DNA from: a virus
Lineage: Duplodnaviria; Caudoviricetes
Strand: one strand, 5' to 3'
IMG/VR virus record: IMGVR_UViG_3300023266_000005
Coordinates: 1-35,795 of that record
DNA length: 35,795 bases
Program-made: the position numbers and the translations under genes
The notes under the pieces: generated by a model
Told to the model about the DNA's origin: nothing
Database searches by the model: none
What the model saw: the letters and a program-made list of their open reading frames with translations, nothing else
Shown here: piece after piece, positions 17,801 through 24,449 of the stretch
Layout of the letters: every line of letters begins with the position of its first letter
How positions within the stretch are numbered: the stretch's first letter is position 1

Positions 17801-18850
17801 GACCACGTTGTTGTAGGCTTCCCAATCATCACCCACTTGTATAGCATCGCTTGTATCAGTGCTTGAGTTCGAACGGCGTTCATTCCCGTCAATCCAGTTC
17901 CGCCGAATAATCCCTTTGCGTGTGGCAGAAGGGAACATATCCATATGGGAACGGGCTGTCGTTATAGGTCCAAAATCATCGCCAATGCCACGACTGCCCT
18001 TATGGATGTAGTTATCTTCAATAATCATCGTGCCCCAGGTGTCTTGCTTGATATCGATGGCTTCTTTGTTGAAGCCGCTAAATTCGTTGCGGGCGATGGT
18101 GAAATCGTGGGCGCCCACACAAGTGCCGCAATGATCCGGGCACCCCGTTCCACTATCCGAGGATATATAAACACCCTCACCGTTCATCTTTTCATAGTCG
18201 GTGTCATTGCCAGAATGCCCTGAATCCAGAATGTAGTTGTCTGTAATCTCAAAGTTGCTGACAACTCGACCTTTAAGCTCGCCGTCTTTACACGACTGAG
18301 CTTGAACGCCTGCCTTCTTGAAATTGACCATCTTGTTCCAGCGTATCTTCCAGTTCGAAGAACCATCATACGGGCGAAAGACAGAGAACCACTCGGGCTG
18401 AAGGTGCTCGATAATGAACCAGTTTTTGAATCCCCAGTTGGGATCATTCTCCCCCGCGTCCTTGGGAAATACCAGCCTTGGCATGGGATCGCTAGCCGTG
18501 CCGTAAACGCCAAAGATCGTTGGCGCAGAAGAAGTACCGCTTGGCATATCACCAAAGAAGGGTTCGTAAGTATTCTTCTTGAGATTAAAGACAGAGCCCC
18601 GCTTGAATAGCGCACACATGCCACCTTGATAGCGGTTAACCGTGTTGGTCTTGCTAAGCGTCCTACAGGCCTTCGCTGGGCTGGAACAGTCGCTGTCATC
18701 ACCGTCGGTGGAAGAATAATAGAGCTTCTTCGTACACGTCGAGAGGTCCGTGTTGAGGTGGTTGTCCGCCCAAGGATTTGAGGGGTTGAGGGCAAATCCC
18801 TGGCACACGCTTAAGAGTAAGAGAGAGACAGCCAGTCCAACACGGACCAT
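11879..18850 (-). CDS. Giant exported mosaic protein: signal peptide, two right-handed beta-helix domains each ending in a choice-of-anchor-Q-like motif, a 3-repeat beta domain, and 11 fibronectin type III domains
   Basis: 2323 aa. N-terminus MVRVGLAVSLLLLSVCQGFA. Motifs DYHLKSTASSAID...YDYGAYE and DFHLQAGSPAKDTG...WDMGAYE; Asn-ladder repeats; 11 units of P..P.G......W..V..A..Y...R...Y.Y.V.A. Confidence 0.85.
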   Translation of the reverse strand: MVRVGLAVSLLLLSVCQGFALNPSNPWADNHLNTDLSTCTKKLYYSSTDGDDSDCSSPAKACRTLSKTNTVNRYQGGMCALFKRGSVFNLKKNTYEPFFGDMPSGTSSAPTIFGVYGTASDPMPRLVFPKDAGENDPNWGFKNWFIIEHLQPEWFSVFRPYDGSSNWKIRWNKMVNFKKAGVQAQSCKDGELKGRVVSNFEITDNYILDSGHSGNDTDYEKMNGEGVYISSDSGTGCPDHCGTCVGAHDFTIARNEFSGFNKEAIDIKQDTWGTMIIEDNYIHKGSRGIGDDFGPITTARSHMDMFPSATRKGIIRRNWIDGNERRSNSSTDTSDAIQVGDDWEAYNNVVVNNKMRCLGVCNAKGFAYNNTCYNNSQGFLVKKVGISYCTDTARFEVTKSVKGNIQDTDKGDAYYSRQVSGNLTGTSSLFVSPSSSLGGDYHLKSTASSAIDELTQINGIKDDYDKNTRPVNGTYDYGAYEYGGSGGEIPPPPAKDQWVDASRPDDNGPGTTPANAWKTIGKCIVNALTAPNSSCTVKSGTYTETITLTAKAGTSIDDAAYTIKADTGATVLLQPASGTHAITLTGGTKFTLIKGIKVDAVNTTGSAIFLNTSEWNNRFDGVEVYNSKSHGIEISAGSPYNEILNSNIHNNGTTTAHHGILMMSGKNNATNNTIASNKGHGIALDDPAATTYSYSLTTIAKNKITSNGGWAVYLPDVGDTASITNNVMAHNPTGGILLGDASNTKGGANALIAHNTIVGPAPPAAAAGSCISIGSHMATSRLTNNICNNTASDITINGTGTIQETNLPSSTNPLFVDASADDFHLQAGSPAKDTGTDLSLVPDDITGTKRPIPTSGKWDMGAYEAPKSADIKTAVVPFVSVTSGTSQDITSSVFTGITPKGVLIYLSGSTIIGGSAHARMSFGASDATSQWWVGGYATDGLTTTASTNNQRTAECSGQIDSSKAAVLRGTCTLIPGGVRITWAGGSSGLQGIAVLFGGADANFKAGTFSVPAVGASVDVAAGIQPDVVFLGSGRYQDFSGTGTAEFIVKLGMHTRTPVANMGMSWNGDTGQVTGTAGQFSESWTDISSQALQGTEFGQLRSRLTVSNYSATGFRVNNTVYTATSQMGYAAVSLGGLKTKLSMVSTPATPANCNCVVTTAAGFAPGLALGFLSASATDDAVEQVNSSQAGLAIAGNGGVFSASWNMQDGLGNGTATAVPAKSRASTNWRLMNNSGAAVLYDATPTLTSTGLNLTFATNPAQSAKWVVLQVEGNPGPQAPVAPTGFTLVPGEGLGSLFASWDAVPDGDLYHVTCGTAAAGPFPTTVDTEDTQAEISGLLDSKTYYCQVTADNGLVSAPSTQKSATTLVAPAVPTGLACTAHPDCSASCTWNPAAGADSYFLSKTTAAGEYLEVGEFGTTSADDPYLDPAIVYTYNVQTIDGRFTSAASAGSTITSSATCTPPAVAPPPPARTTAVSSLGSIAVSWDAVPSATYHLYRANSVSGPYTLIADPTGTTYTDTAIVNAQLYSYVVTADTGIEGDQSCAAVAVGQKAPATVTGLTATPLSCPSQINLAWTPVSGASSYRVQRSSGGAYTQIADVATAFYNDLSVAGAVPYTYKVAAYNGFEGPFSTPVGATSPTPICPGDPPPVPTGFTATTGTCPNQIVLDWADTPTATSYLLYRSPSPTGPFTLVASPSVSTYTETGLDASTPYSYKVSAYNGKEGGQTGVQTASTPAPCIGTPTIPMGFSATAQTCPLRAVLNWNSVASATAYRIYRAPASTGPFALLTEVPTTTYVDTSVAVSQPYSYQITAFNSLESAPTNPRSITMASETCPTPPPPAPSGVTLTTGTCPLRNAVSWNTVAGATSYYVYRSQVPGGSYSLQTITAGTPFIDTAVSVATPYWYQVSAFTDKEGAKSAEASIATGPEACPLAPPAQPQGMAIGQVTCPLRVLVGWSPVSDASFYRVYRSETLGGPYTVVASPASASYVDAEVVPDQLYDYKVTADNGIEGLGSTDISIKTLADPCPPLPPGEPENVTGTQATCPDQVSLSWDAVSGAGAYKLERDDGRGGAMALIGTTTQTTYTEGGLGLALPYRYQIAAYNGQYGPYSDVVTVTTSATSCTPPPPDPPGFISVEAGTCPAQVVLDWDDVPGASKYHVWQGNIKNGPYADVAQPTNSGYAVQGAPASTTLYWRISTDDGTQQGDKSGEVSFLIGPPCPSGNPPPQVTGVSAQAGQCPLRVGMTWTLMPDTLLYKVYRDGSLLGTTTLGQWSDVTPLTDTFYGYQVGGSNGLDGPLSAVQTVRTPGVDCPATAGSNDNIPIERRKKD

Positions 18851-18860
18851 GGGGGGACTC

Positions 18861-19397
18861 CTAATTAATCACGTAGACGACGCTGCACATACTGCGGTCG
18901 TCGATGTTGTCTGACTTCTGCGTCACTTCCATCGCCGTCGCCGTGCCCCCTTGCAGCTTATAGAAGCCGTTGAGGGTGGCCTCACAGGTTTGCTTGCCCT
19001 GGCTCATCTGGCAGACGCCAGAAGGCACGTCCGTGCCGGCACTGCGAAGCTGGTAGGTGATGGTTTCACCTTGGCCAAGCTCCGCGGTGGTGCGACAGAA
19101 GATGAAGGCCGGGCGCAGCGTCGTGCTTTCAAGAAGCACCTTCTGCGCCGCTTGCTCTTCGACGTAAGCCATGGTGTCACAGGCCGTGTTGGTGATATCG
19201 ACAGGCGGCGCGTCTAGCGGAAAAGGCGACATGAAGGTCATGCCGCTTTCGGCGTTTTGCCCGCAGTAACGCGCCACCACGGCGCCAATCGGGGCAAGAC
19301 CGCCGTTAAAGACCGTGTAATTGGTCTTGGTTTCGAGGGCAGCACCGGCAATGGAAGCCCAAAAGAGCCAGGCTAGGGCGAGGTAGCGGATATCCAT
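18861..19397 (-). CDS. Signal-peptide protein with 6 Cys, predicted beta-sandwich; function unknown
   Basis: 178 aa; MDIRYLALAWLFWASIAGA|A has an A-x-A cleavage site. Spacing to neighbours is 8 and 10 nt. Confidence 0.75.
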   Translation of the reverse strand: MDIRYLALAWLFWASIAGAALETKTNYTVFNGGLAPIGAVVARYCGQNAESGMTFMSPFPLDAPPVDITNTACDTMAYVEEQAAQKVLLESTTLRPAFIFCRTTAELGQGETITYQLRSAGTDVPSGVCQMSQGKQTCEATLNGFYKLQGGTATAMEVTQKSDNIDDRSMCSVVYVIN

Positions 19398-19405
19398 AGT
19401 ACCCC

Positions 19406-19894
19406 CTAGCGCAAGGCCGCGTAGAAAAGGAAAAGATCGATGCTGCCACCCGTCGGGATGTTGGCCGTATCCACCATGTACTCGATCTGCACGCCGTCCA
19501 CACTTCTGAAGTGGTTGGCGGCGGGGACCAGGCCGCCGGCCGCCACACCCACGATGTCACCTAGGAGATCGGCGGCTGTGGCGGCGGTGCCCAGAGCGAC
19601 GTTGTCGAGCCAGAAGTTAAAGGAGGACACTTCCTCGCCCGTGTCGGGGTCGACGTAGCGGTAGCCCAGATGCCCTTGAGCGCCGGAAGCGTACTGCGAG
19701 GCGCCAAAGATACTCAGTTGAGGCTGGACCCAGATATTGGAATAGGGGATTTTCCCCAGGATAATCGTGTGCTGCCCGGCTGCCTGATCGCTCACGTAAG
19801 AGCCGTCAAACATCTTGAGAGAGTTGTCGACCCTATGGGGATTGCCTGAACTCTTTTGCTGCGCCATAAAGTCAGGCGCATAGATAATGGCCAT
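19406..19894 (-). CDS. Capsid cement/decoration protein candidate
   Basis: 162 aa, beta-rich, immediately after the major capsid gene, with a strong AAGGAG ribosome-binding site. Confidence 0.6.
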   Translation of the reverse strand: MAIIYAPDFMAQQKSSGNPHRVDNSLKMFDGSYVSDQAAGQHTIILGKIPYSNIWVQPQLSIFGASQYASGAQGHLGYRYVDPDTGEEVSSFNFWLDNVALGTAATAADLLGDIVGVAAGGLVPAANHFRSVDGVQIEYMVDTANIPTGGSIDLFLFYAALR

Positions 19895-19905
19895 GCCTGT
19901 TCTCC

Positions 19906-20817
19906 TTATGCCGCGCGCAAGGTTTTAATTTGGATGACGCCTTCGTCTTGAATGCGCGTAAAGCCGCCGCTCATGTGCGTATAGAGCTGTACCAGGTTCT
20001 TCTTGTCAGGGCGAAGCGATATCTCCGTCGTAATAGGCTCCTGGCGTTTAAAGCCCACCGCGTCCTCGTTCCACATGATCGCCGTGTCCACAGTATCCGA
20101 GTGGACCGCCGAGAGATTCATGAGGAGGGACGACCAAATGAAGTTGATGCCGTAGAAGTTTCCCAGGTAGCCGTTCCCCACGGGACGCCCGGTATTAAAG
20201 TCAAAGCTCGTGAAGTTGGTATCGCGCATGAGCTGGGCTCGCTGTCTAGGCACCACGACGCACCAGATGCGGCCGTTGTGCGCCTCATCTTCTTCGAGCA
20301 TCTGCACGGCATCGATGAGCTTATCCACCATGAAAGGTAGCCCGTTATCCGGCAGGATGTTTTCAGGGGGAAACTCGGTTGTGTCAAACGAGGGCAGCGT
20401 CGTGGCCGGGTTGATCGTCTGCGTTACCGCATCGCCAATGAGGGCGTTCAGAACAGTGCGGTCTTTGGCGCGGCCGAGCGACATGGAGAGGTTGCGGGCG
20501 TAGCGGGCGGGAAGTTTGCCCGTGGTCGCCATCGAGTTATCCCACTCGTGGGGATCGATCCAAGCCGTATCATCCCACACGACCGGAATGGCCACGCGCA
20601 CAATGTTTTGCAGTTCGGGTGGCTCTGGCGTGTCGCCAAACATCACGGTGGACTGTTTGGCTTCGCTTTTACCCAGAATGTTAAACGTGGCGCTCTGGCC
20701 AATGAGGGCTTCTTCCCTGTAGGTGCCCTCTAGCTTGGCGCCGTTTTGCTGAAACTCATGTGTGATGTCTTCATCAAAGTCCGTGGTGCGGAAGTTGACA
20801 ATGTTATAATTCGGCAT
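19906..20817 (-). CDS. Major capsid protein (HK97 fold, podovirus type)
   Basis: 303 aa. Motifs FQQNGAKL, SLGRAKDRTVLNAL, GYLGNFYGINFIWS and C-terminal GFTRIQDEGVIQI; follows the scaffold gene. Confidence 0.9.
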   Translation of the reverse strand: MPNYNIVNFRTTDFDEDITHEFQQNGAKLEGTYREEALIGQSATFNILGKSEAKQSTVMFGDTPEPPELQNIVRVAIPVVWDDTAWIDPHEWDNSMATTGKLPARYARNLSMSLGRAKDRTVLNALIGDAVTQTINPATTLPSFDTTEFPPENILPDNGLPFMVDKLIDAVQMLEEDEAHNGRIWCVVVPRQRAQLMRDTNFTSFDFNTGRPVGNGYLGNFYGINFIWSSLLMNLSAVHSDTVDTAIMWNEDAVGFKRQEPITTEISLRPDKKNLVQLYTHMSGGFTRIQDEGVIQIKTLRAA

Positions 20818-20924
20818 TGCTTACCCATCATCTGATAGGTCCTTTCCGTAGGTTAAAGCTTCCCTTGAGTGTCATTGCTGGTTCTTGGGAAGAGGACACG
20901 TGTCCCTAACGCAGGGGTGTGTCG
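20818..20924 (-). promoter_or_regulatory. Structured 5' leader of the major capsid gene
   Basis: The only sizeable gap in the structural operon. Contains a 12-bp palindrome GGACACGTGTCC (20894-20905) and a 7-bp hairpin at 20823-20840 abutting the start codon. Confidence 0.4.
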
Positions 20925-21797
20925 TTACCGTCTCGACAGAGCAAAGCGCAGGTCTTCAAGCTGTTTGACCTTGCGCCGGATATCGTCATGATTCGGTGCG
21001 CCTGTATTGTTATAGGCCCGCGAGGCTTTCAGTTCTTTCACTTCTTTGTCGACGTCATCGTAGCTGCGGCTAGAGCCGTGGCCTTCGGGCATGAGGCCTT
21101 CGGCGTTCAGATAGCGGCCCATGTCGTAGAAGCCTTCTACGACCGCATCGAGGCAGAAAAAGCCGTTATCCCACAGGCTCTGCTCCACTTCAGGCCCCAT
21201 GCGGCGAGCAAAGGCGCGAGCGGTATTCATCTTCATGTCATAGAGGTCTTGGCCCCAGCGTTCCTTCATGGCTTGGTGCATCTGCGCCTTTTGCTGCTCA
21301 ACGCTCTGTTGCTGGCGCCTGAGCGATTCCACCTGGTCCTTGACGATGGCGTCAGCTTGGCGCTGATTAAGGCCGGCTTTGTGCGCCGATGTCCTGAAGG
21401 CGTCGAGGGCCTGCGTGTTGATGGGCGCTTCCGGTGGGACTTCGAAGGCGTATTTGTCGGGAGATTCTGGGCGCCCTAAGCGGTTGTAGATGGCCTCCAG
21501 TTTAACCTGATAGTCGGGGTCGTCAGGGGAATCGGGCATGACGATGCTGCGGCCGCGGATTTGCTCCAGGTTGTCGACGTGCTGGAGCCAGGCGCGGAAG
21601 TCCCGGCCCTTGACGTAGCCTTTGTCCCGGTACTCCTGCGGCAGGATATTGGTCCAGGGATCGGGCAAGGCGAAGCCATCTGGCGTGGGACCACCCGGCG
21701 GGGTTGGAGCGTCGGCCGCCGGGGTGGCCACTGCCGGGGTCCTCACCAGGTCCCCGTTCTCAGTTGGTTGTGCGGGTACTCCAGGTTCTTCTGCCAT
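20925..21797 (-). CDS. Capsid scaffolding protein
   Basis: Pro-rich N-terminus, the RLGRPESPDKY...AHKAGLNQRQA...L/MKERWG signature, and position just before the capsid gene. Confidence 0.85.
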   Translation of the reverse strand: MAEEPGVPAQPTENGDLVRTPAVATPAADAPTPPGGPTPDGFALPDPWTNILPQEYRDKGYVKGRDFRAWLQHVDNLEQIRGRSIVMPDSPDDPDYQVKLEAIYNRLGRPESPDKYAFEVPPEAPINTQALDAFRTSAHKAGLNQRQADAIVKDQVESLRRQQQSVEQQKAQMHQAMKERWGQDLYDMKMNTARAFARRMGPEVEQSLWDNGFFCLDAVVEGFYDMGRYLNAEGLMPEGHGSSRSYDDVDKEVKELKASRAYNNTGAPNHDDIRRKVKQLEDLRFALSRR

Positions 21798-21799
21798 AG

Positions 21800-22111
21800 C
21801 TAGAAGGGGACATCCCCAGGCTTATCTGCAACAGTGTCCAGCGTGATATCCTCACCCACCAGGTACGGATCAGGGCGGTACGGATCAGGACGGTGATGTT
21901 CTCGTATGCGCCCATTCTCCGCTGTCACCACATTATCGCCCAGGGCGCGCAGAGCCTGCGCCAGACGCTTCATATCCCCGTGGATACTGCGGGCTTGGTT
22001 GGCCGGATCATCCGTAATCGGAATCTTTCCGATTGCCTCTGCCGCCTTCTCGGTGTATGCAATCGCCCGCTCAAGTCGGGTAAGCTGACGCCGTTCAATC
22101 TTTTCTGCCAC
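21800..22111 (-). CDS. Hypothetical protein (~103 aa)
   Basis: Start reassigned to GTG 22111 behind an AAGGAG RBS; contains a 15-bp tandem duplication. Confidence 0.6.
   Translation of the reverse strand: MAEKIERRQLTRLERAIAYTEKAAEAIGKIPITDDPANQARSIHGDMKRLAQALRALGDNVVTAENGRIREHHRPDPYRPDPYLVGEDITLDTVADKPGDVPF
21862..21894. repeat. 15-bp tandem duplication (GGTACGGATCAGG.C) encoding RPDPY twice
   Basis: Read directly from the sequence. Confidence 0.85.
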
Positions 22112-22124
22112 GGTTGGACTCCTT

Positions 22125-22415
22125 TTAAAGGTCAAAATCCGACATATCGTCGTCGGGCTGCTGAAACACACTGTAAGGTGAATCGTCTCTCAAGAGATCG
22201 GGATCAAGAGCAGGCCTGATGTAGCCGTGAGCCAAATCCATGAGATCGAGAATAACCGAGCGCTGCCCCTCGCGGTAGATGGCGTCTGAGCCTGAGCCAC
22301 CGAGCGCATATGACGGCCTGTAGAAGTACACCTGTTTAAGGTACTCCCATATCTTCTGGCCCGGCTCGCTCACGTAGAAAACGTCATAGACGTCTTTGGG
22401 TAGCGGCTCTGCCAT
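22125..22415 (-). CDS. Bbp19-like small protein
   Basis: 96 aa with F....GQKIWEYL and the YREGQRSVIL motif, directly after the portal as in BPP-1-like podophages. Confidence 0.75.
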   Translation of the reverse strand: MAEPLPKDVYDVFYVSEPGQKIWEYLKQVYFYRPSYALGGSGSDAIYREGQRSVILDLMDLAHGYIRPALDPDLLRDDSPYSVFQQPDDDMSDFDL

Positions 22416-24079
22416 TAGGCGGCCCTCTGCGGCGCCTGTGCCTGGCCGCGTTCAGGGATGTCGTTCATAATCTCAGCCCCTTGCACCATGGCTTGCTGGA
22501 GGGCTTGTTGGCGCTGCTGCTCGGCCCGCTCGGCCCGAATCTGATCCACCACCGGTTGCGGGAACATGAAGCTATCGCCCAGGCCCACCGCCATCGCCGC
22601 CTCCCTCACCATCTGATCGTGGTCAGGGAGGTCGAGAACCTCGGGCTTAAACTGCGCGATCATTTGCAGAATTGTGTAGAAGTTCGTAATCGCTTGCAAG
22701 TCGATTTGCCGCGCCTGACGGGAGAGGGACCCCTCAAAGCGCACCCCAACGCCCAGCATATTGCCCCTGGCGGCCTCGATAACCGCGTCCGGTGGTGCCG
22801 GGAGCTTGCCCGCTTGAGAGAGCAGAACGAAGGTGTTGAGCACGGTAGGCTCAAGGAATTCGTCTTCTAAGCGGGAAAGGCCTGGCCCCATTTGCCTATT
22901 GTTCGTGGCGATGCGGTGGGCGATTTCGGTGGCGCTTCTTTGCGTATCGCCTGATGGGGGTTCAATCTGCATACGGTCGACACCGAGGCCGCGGCGGATC
23001 TGGTTTTGCAAGTTCATGAGTTCGATCTGCGCCACGTCTACTTTTTGCCCAGGCTCAAACGGCCGCAGGCCCTGCATATCGCGCATGGGCAAGATGCGGC
23101 CGGGGTAAATGCGGAAGCGCTGGCCTTCTTTAACCAGGTCCTCACGGTTAGACACGATGAGGGCGGGGTTGACCGCCAGGTCAACGCTTTTGAGGGCGCA
23201 TTCGGTGAGTTTGTTGAGCGTTTTGACGTCGGCGAGAACGTTCATGAGCGGACTGAAGCCGTAAGGAAAGCCCGGGTAGAGGTTCCAGCGCGGAACCAGG
23301 TAGGGGCAAGTAAAGAAGCCGCCTTCGCTGATCACATGGTTGTTGTCCCGCTCGATCCACACCGAGGCGTAGGGATACTCCGTGGGCGGCGTCGTGCCAC
23401 GGACTTCTCTGAGCTGCGTATCTCTGGGGTAGACGCAGTGAAGGATTTCCACCGGGTCGTCGAGGCGGTTGTTTTCGAGCTGGTGCTGGGAGTTGCGGGA
23501 CAAGGAGGCCCTGGGACCGAGTTTATCGGCTAGCGTCTTAACGTTTCTGAGCGACATACAGGAGCGCCGGAAGATGGTGTCAACGATGCCTTCATCGTTT
23601 TCGGCAATGACGTAGGAGCCCATGGCGTAAGGGCGAAAGAGCAGCTTGCCCTGATCGTTAGAGAGCGCCATAAAAGCGCATCCGGTCCCCTTGGCGTAGA
23701 TATCTCTAACCACTGGGTGCGCTGCCGTGCGGATGTTCGACGTCGAGATATAGCGAAAAATGATGGTCGAAACCTGATCGTACCAGGTGTTGACGTCGTC
23801 ATCGAGCCTGAGGGATTCGTCGTCTGGCACGAGGGAGAAGTTGCGGCTATCGGTGGGCACAATCGCTGAAATAATCGTGTTGCTAGCGGTTGCCAGGCCG
23901 TCTTGGGCGGTACCATCGAGAATCCACTGGCCACGTTCATCCCCCTGCATGGTGCGCGTCTGCGGATCAAAGTCGTAAGGCGTGACGTAGCGGTTGATGG
24001 TACCAATGAGCGAGTCTAGGAGCATGCGCTCTTTTAAGAGGTCAGATTCACGGGAGAGCAAGTCTTCAATGAGCGGCAT
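22415..24079 (-). CDS. Portal / head-to-tail connector protein (T7 gp8 / BPP-1 type)
   Basis: 554 aa. Motifs GIVDTIFR, PYLVPRW.....YGFSP....LADVKTLN, RSATEI..R, and GP.LSRL..EFL.P. Confidence 0.93.
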   Translation of the reverse strand: MPLIEDLLSRESDLLKERMLLDSLIGTINRYVTPYDFDPQTRTMQGDERGQWILDGTAQDGLATASNTIISAIVPTDSRNFSLVPDDESLRLDDDVNTWYDQVSTIIFRYISTSNIRTAAHPVVRDIYAKGTGCAFMALSNDQGKLLFRPYAMGSYVIAENDEGIVDTIFRRSCMSLRNVKTLADKLGPRASLSRNSQHQLENNRLDDPVEILHCVYPRDTQLREVRGTTPPTEYPYASVWIERDNNHVISEGGFFTCPYLVPRWNLYPGFPYGFSPLMNVLADVKTLNKLTECALKSVDLAVNPALIVSNREDLVKEGQRFRIYPGRILPMRDMQGLRPFEPGQKVDVAQIELMNLQNQIRRGLGVDRMQIEPPSGDTQRSATEIAHRIATNNRQMGPGLSRLEDEFLEPTVLNTFVLLSQAGKLPAPPDAVIEAARGNMLGVGVRFEGSLSRQARQIDLQAITNFYTILQMIAQFKPEVLDLPDHDQMVREAAMAVGLGDSFMFPQPVVDQIRAERAEQQRQQALQQAMVQGAEIMNDIPERGQAQAPQRAA

Positions 24080-24080
24080 A

Positions 24081-24449
24081 CTAGGCTCCTAACAAAACGC
24101 CACCGGCAGGCGCACCGATGGGGGATGTGAGGATCGTTGACTGCCGACTTTGCCTGCGGCGCTGCGCTTCCACCTCATCTGCAGCGGCCCGCTGAGCCTC
24201 CAGGTTTGCGGCTGGAGAAGCTGGAGGAGGAGCAGCCGGAGCTGGAGGTGTTGGAGGAGGAGGCGGCGGAGTCGCTCCAAATGGGCTCAAGGCTTCGGCT
24301 GGCAGTTCGGGCATTTCCGGCGCCTTTTGCGTCACCGCTTGATACGTGCTGACCCCGGCCGTTGCCAGAGCAGCAACACCCGCAGCAACACCCAAAATCA
24401 GGGTAGGTTCGTACTCCCCAATGCCCATGGCCGATTCAAAAGTTCGCAT
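24081..24449 (-). CDS. Small virion protein upstream of the portal (gp7.3-like position)
   Basis: Start reassigned to ATG 24449 behind a GGAGG RBS. Hydrophobic N-terminus, Pro-rich middle, and RRRQSRQSTILTSP.G...LLG C-terminus typical of this locus. Confidence 0.7.
   Translation of the reverse strand: MRTFESAMGIGEYEPTLILGVAAGVAALATAGVSTYQAVTQKAPEMPELPAEALSPFGATPPPPPPTPPAPAAPPPASPAANLEAQRAAADEVEAQRRRQSRQSTILTSPIGAPAGGVLLGA

Noticed and set aside
18791-18850. Lipoprotein signal in the 2323-aa protein (LSVC)
   Set aside because: Val at -1 fits the lipobox poorly; signal peptidase I cleavage after GFA is more plausible. SignalP would settle it.
11879-18850. Giant genes as host chromosomal DNA or classical morons
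   Set aside because: They are co-oriented with, and spaced 3-10 nt from, core virion genes, with no att sites, transposase, promoter gap or terminator. Misassembly cannot be excluded without reads.
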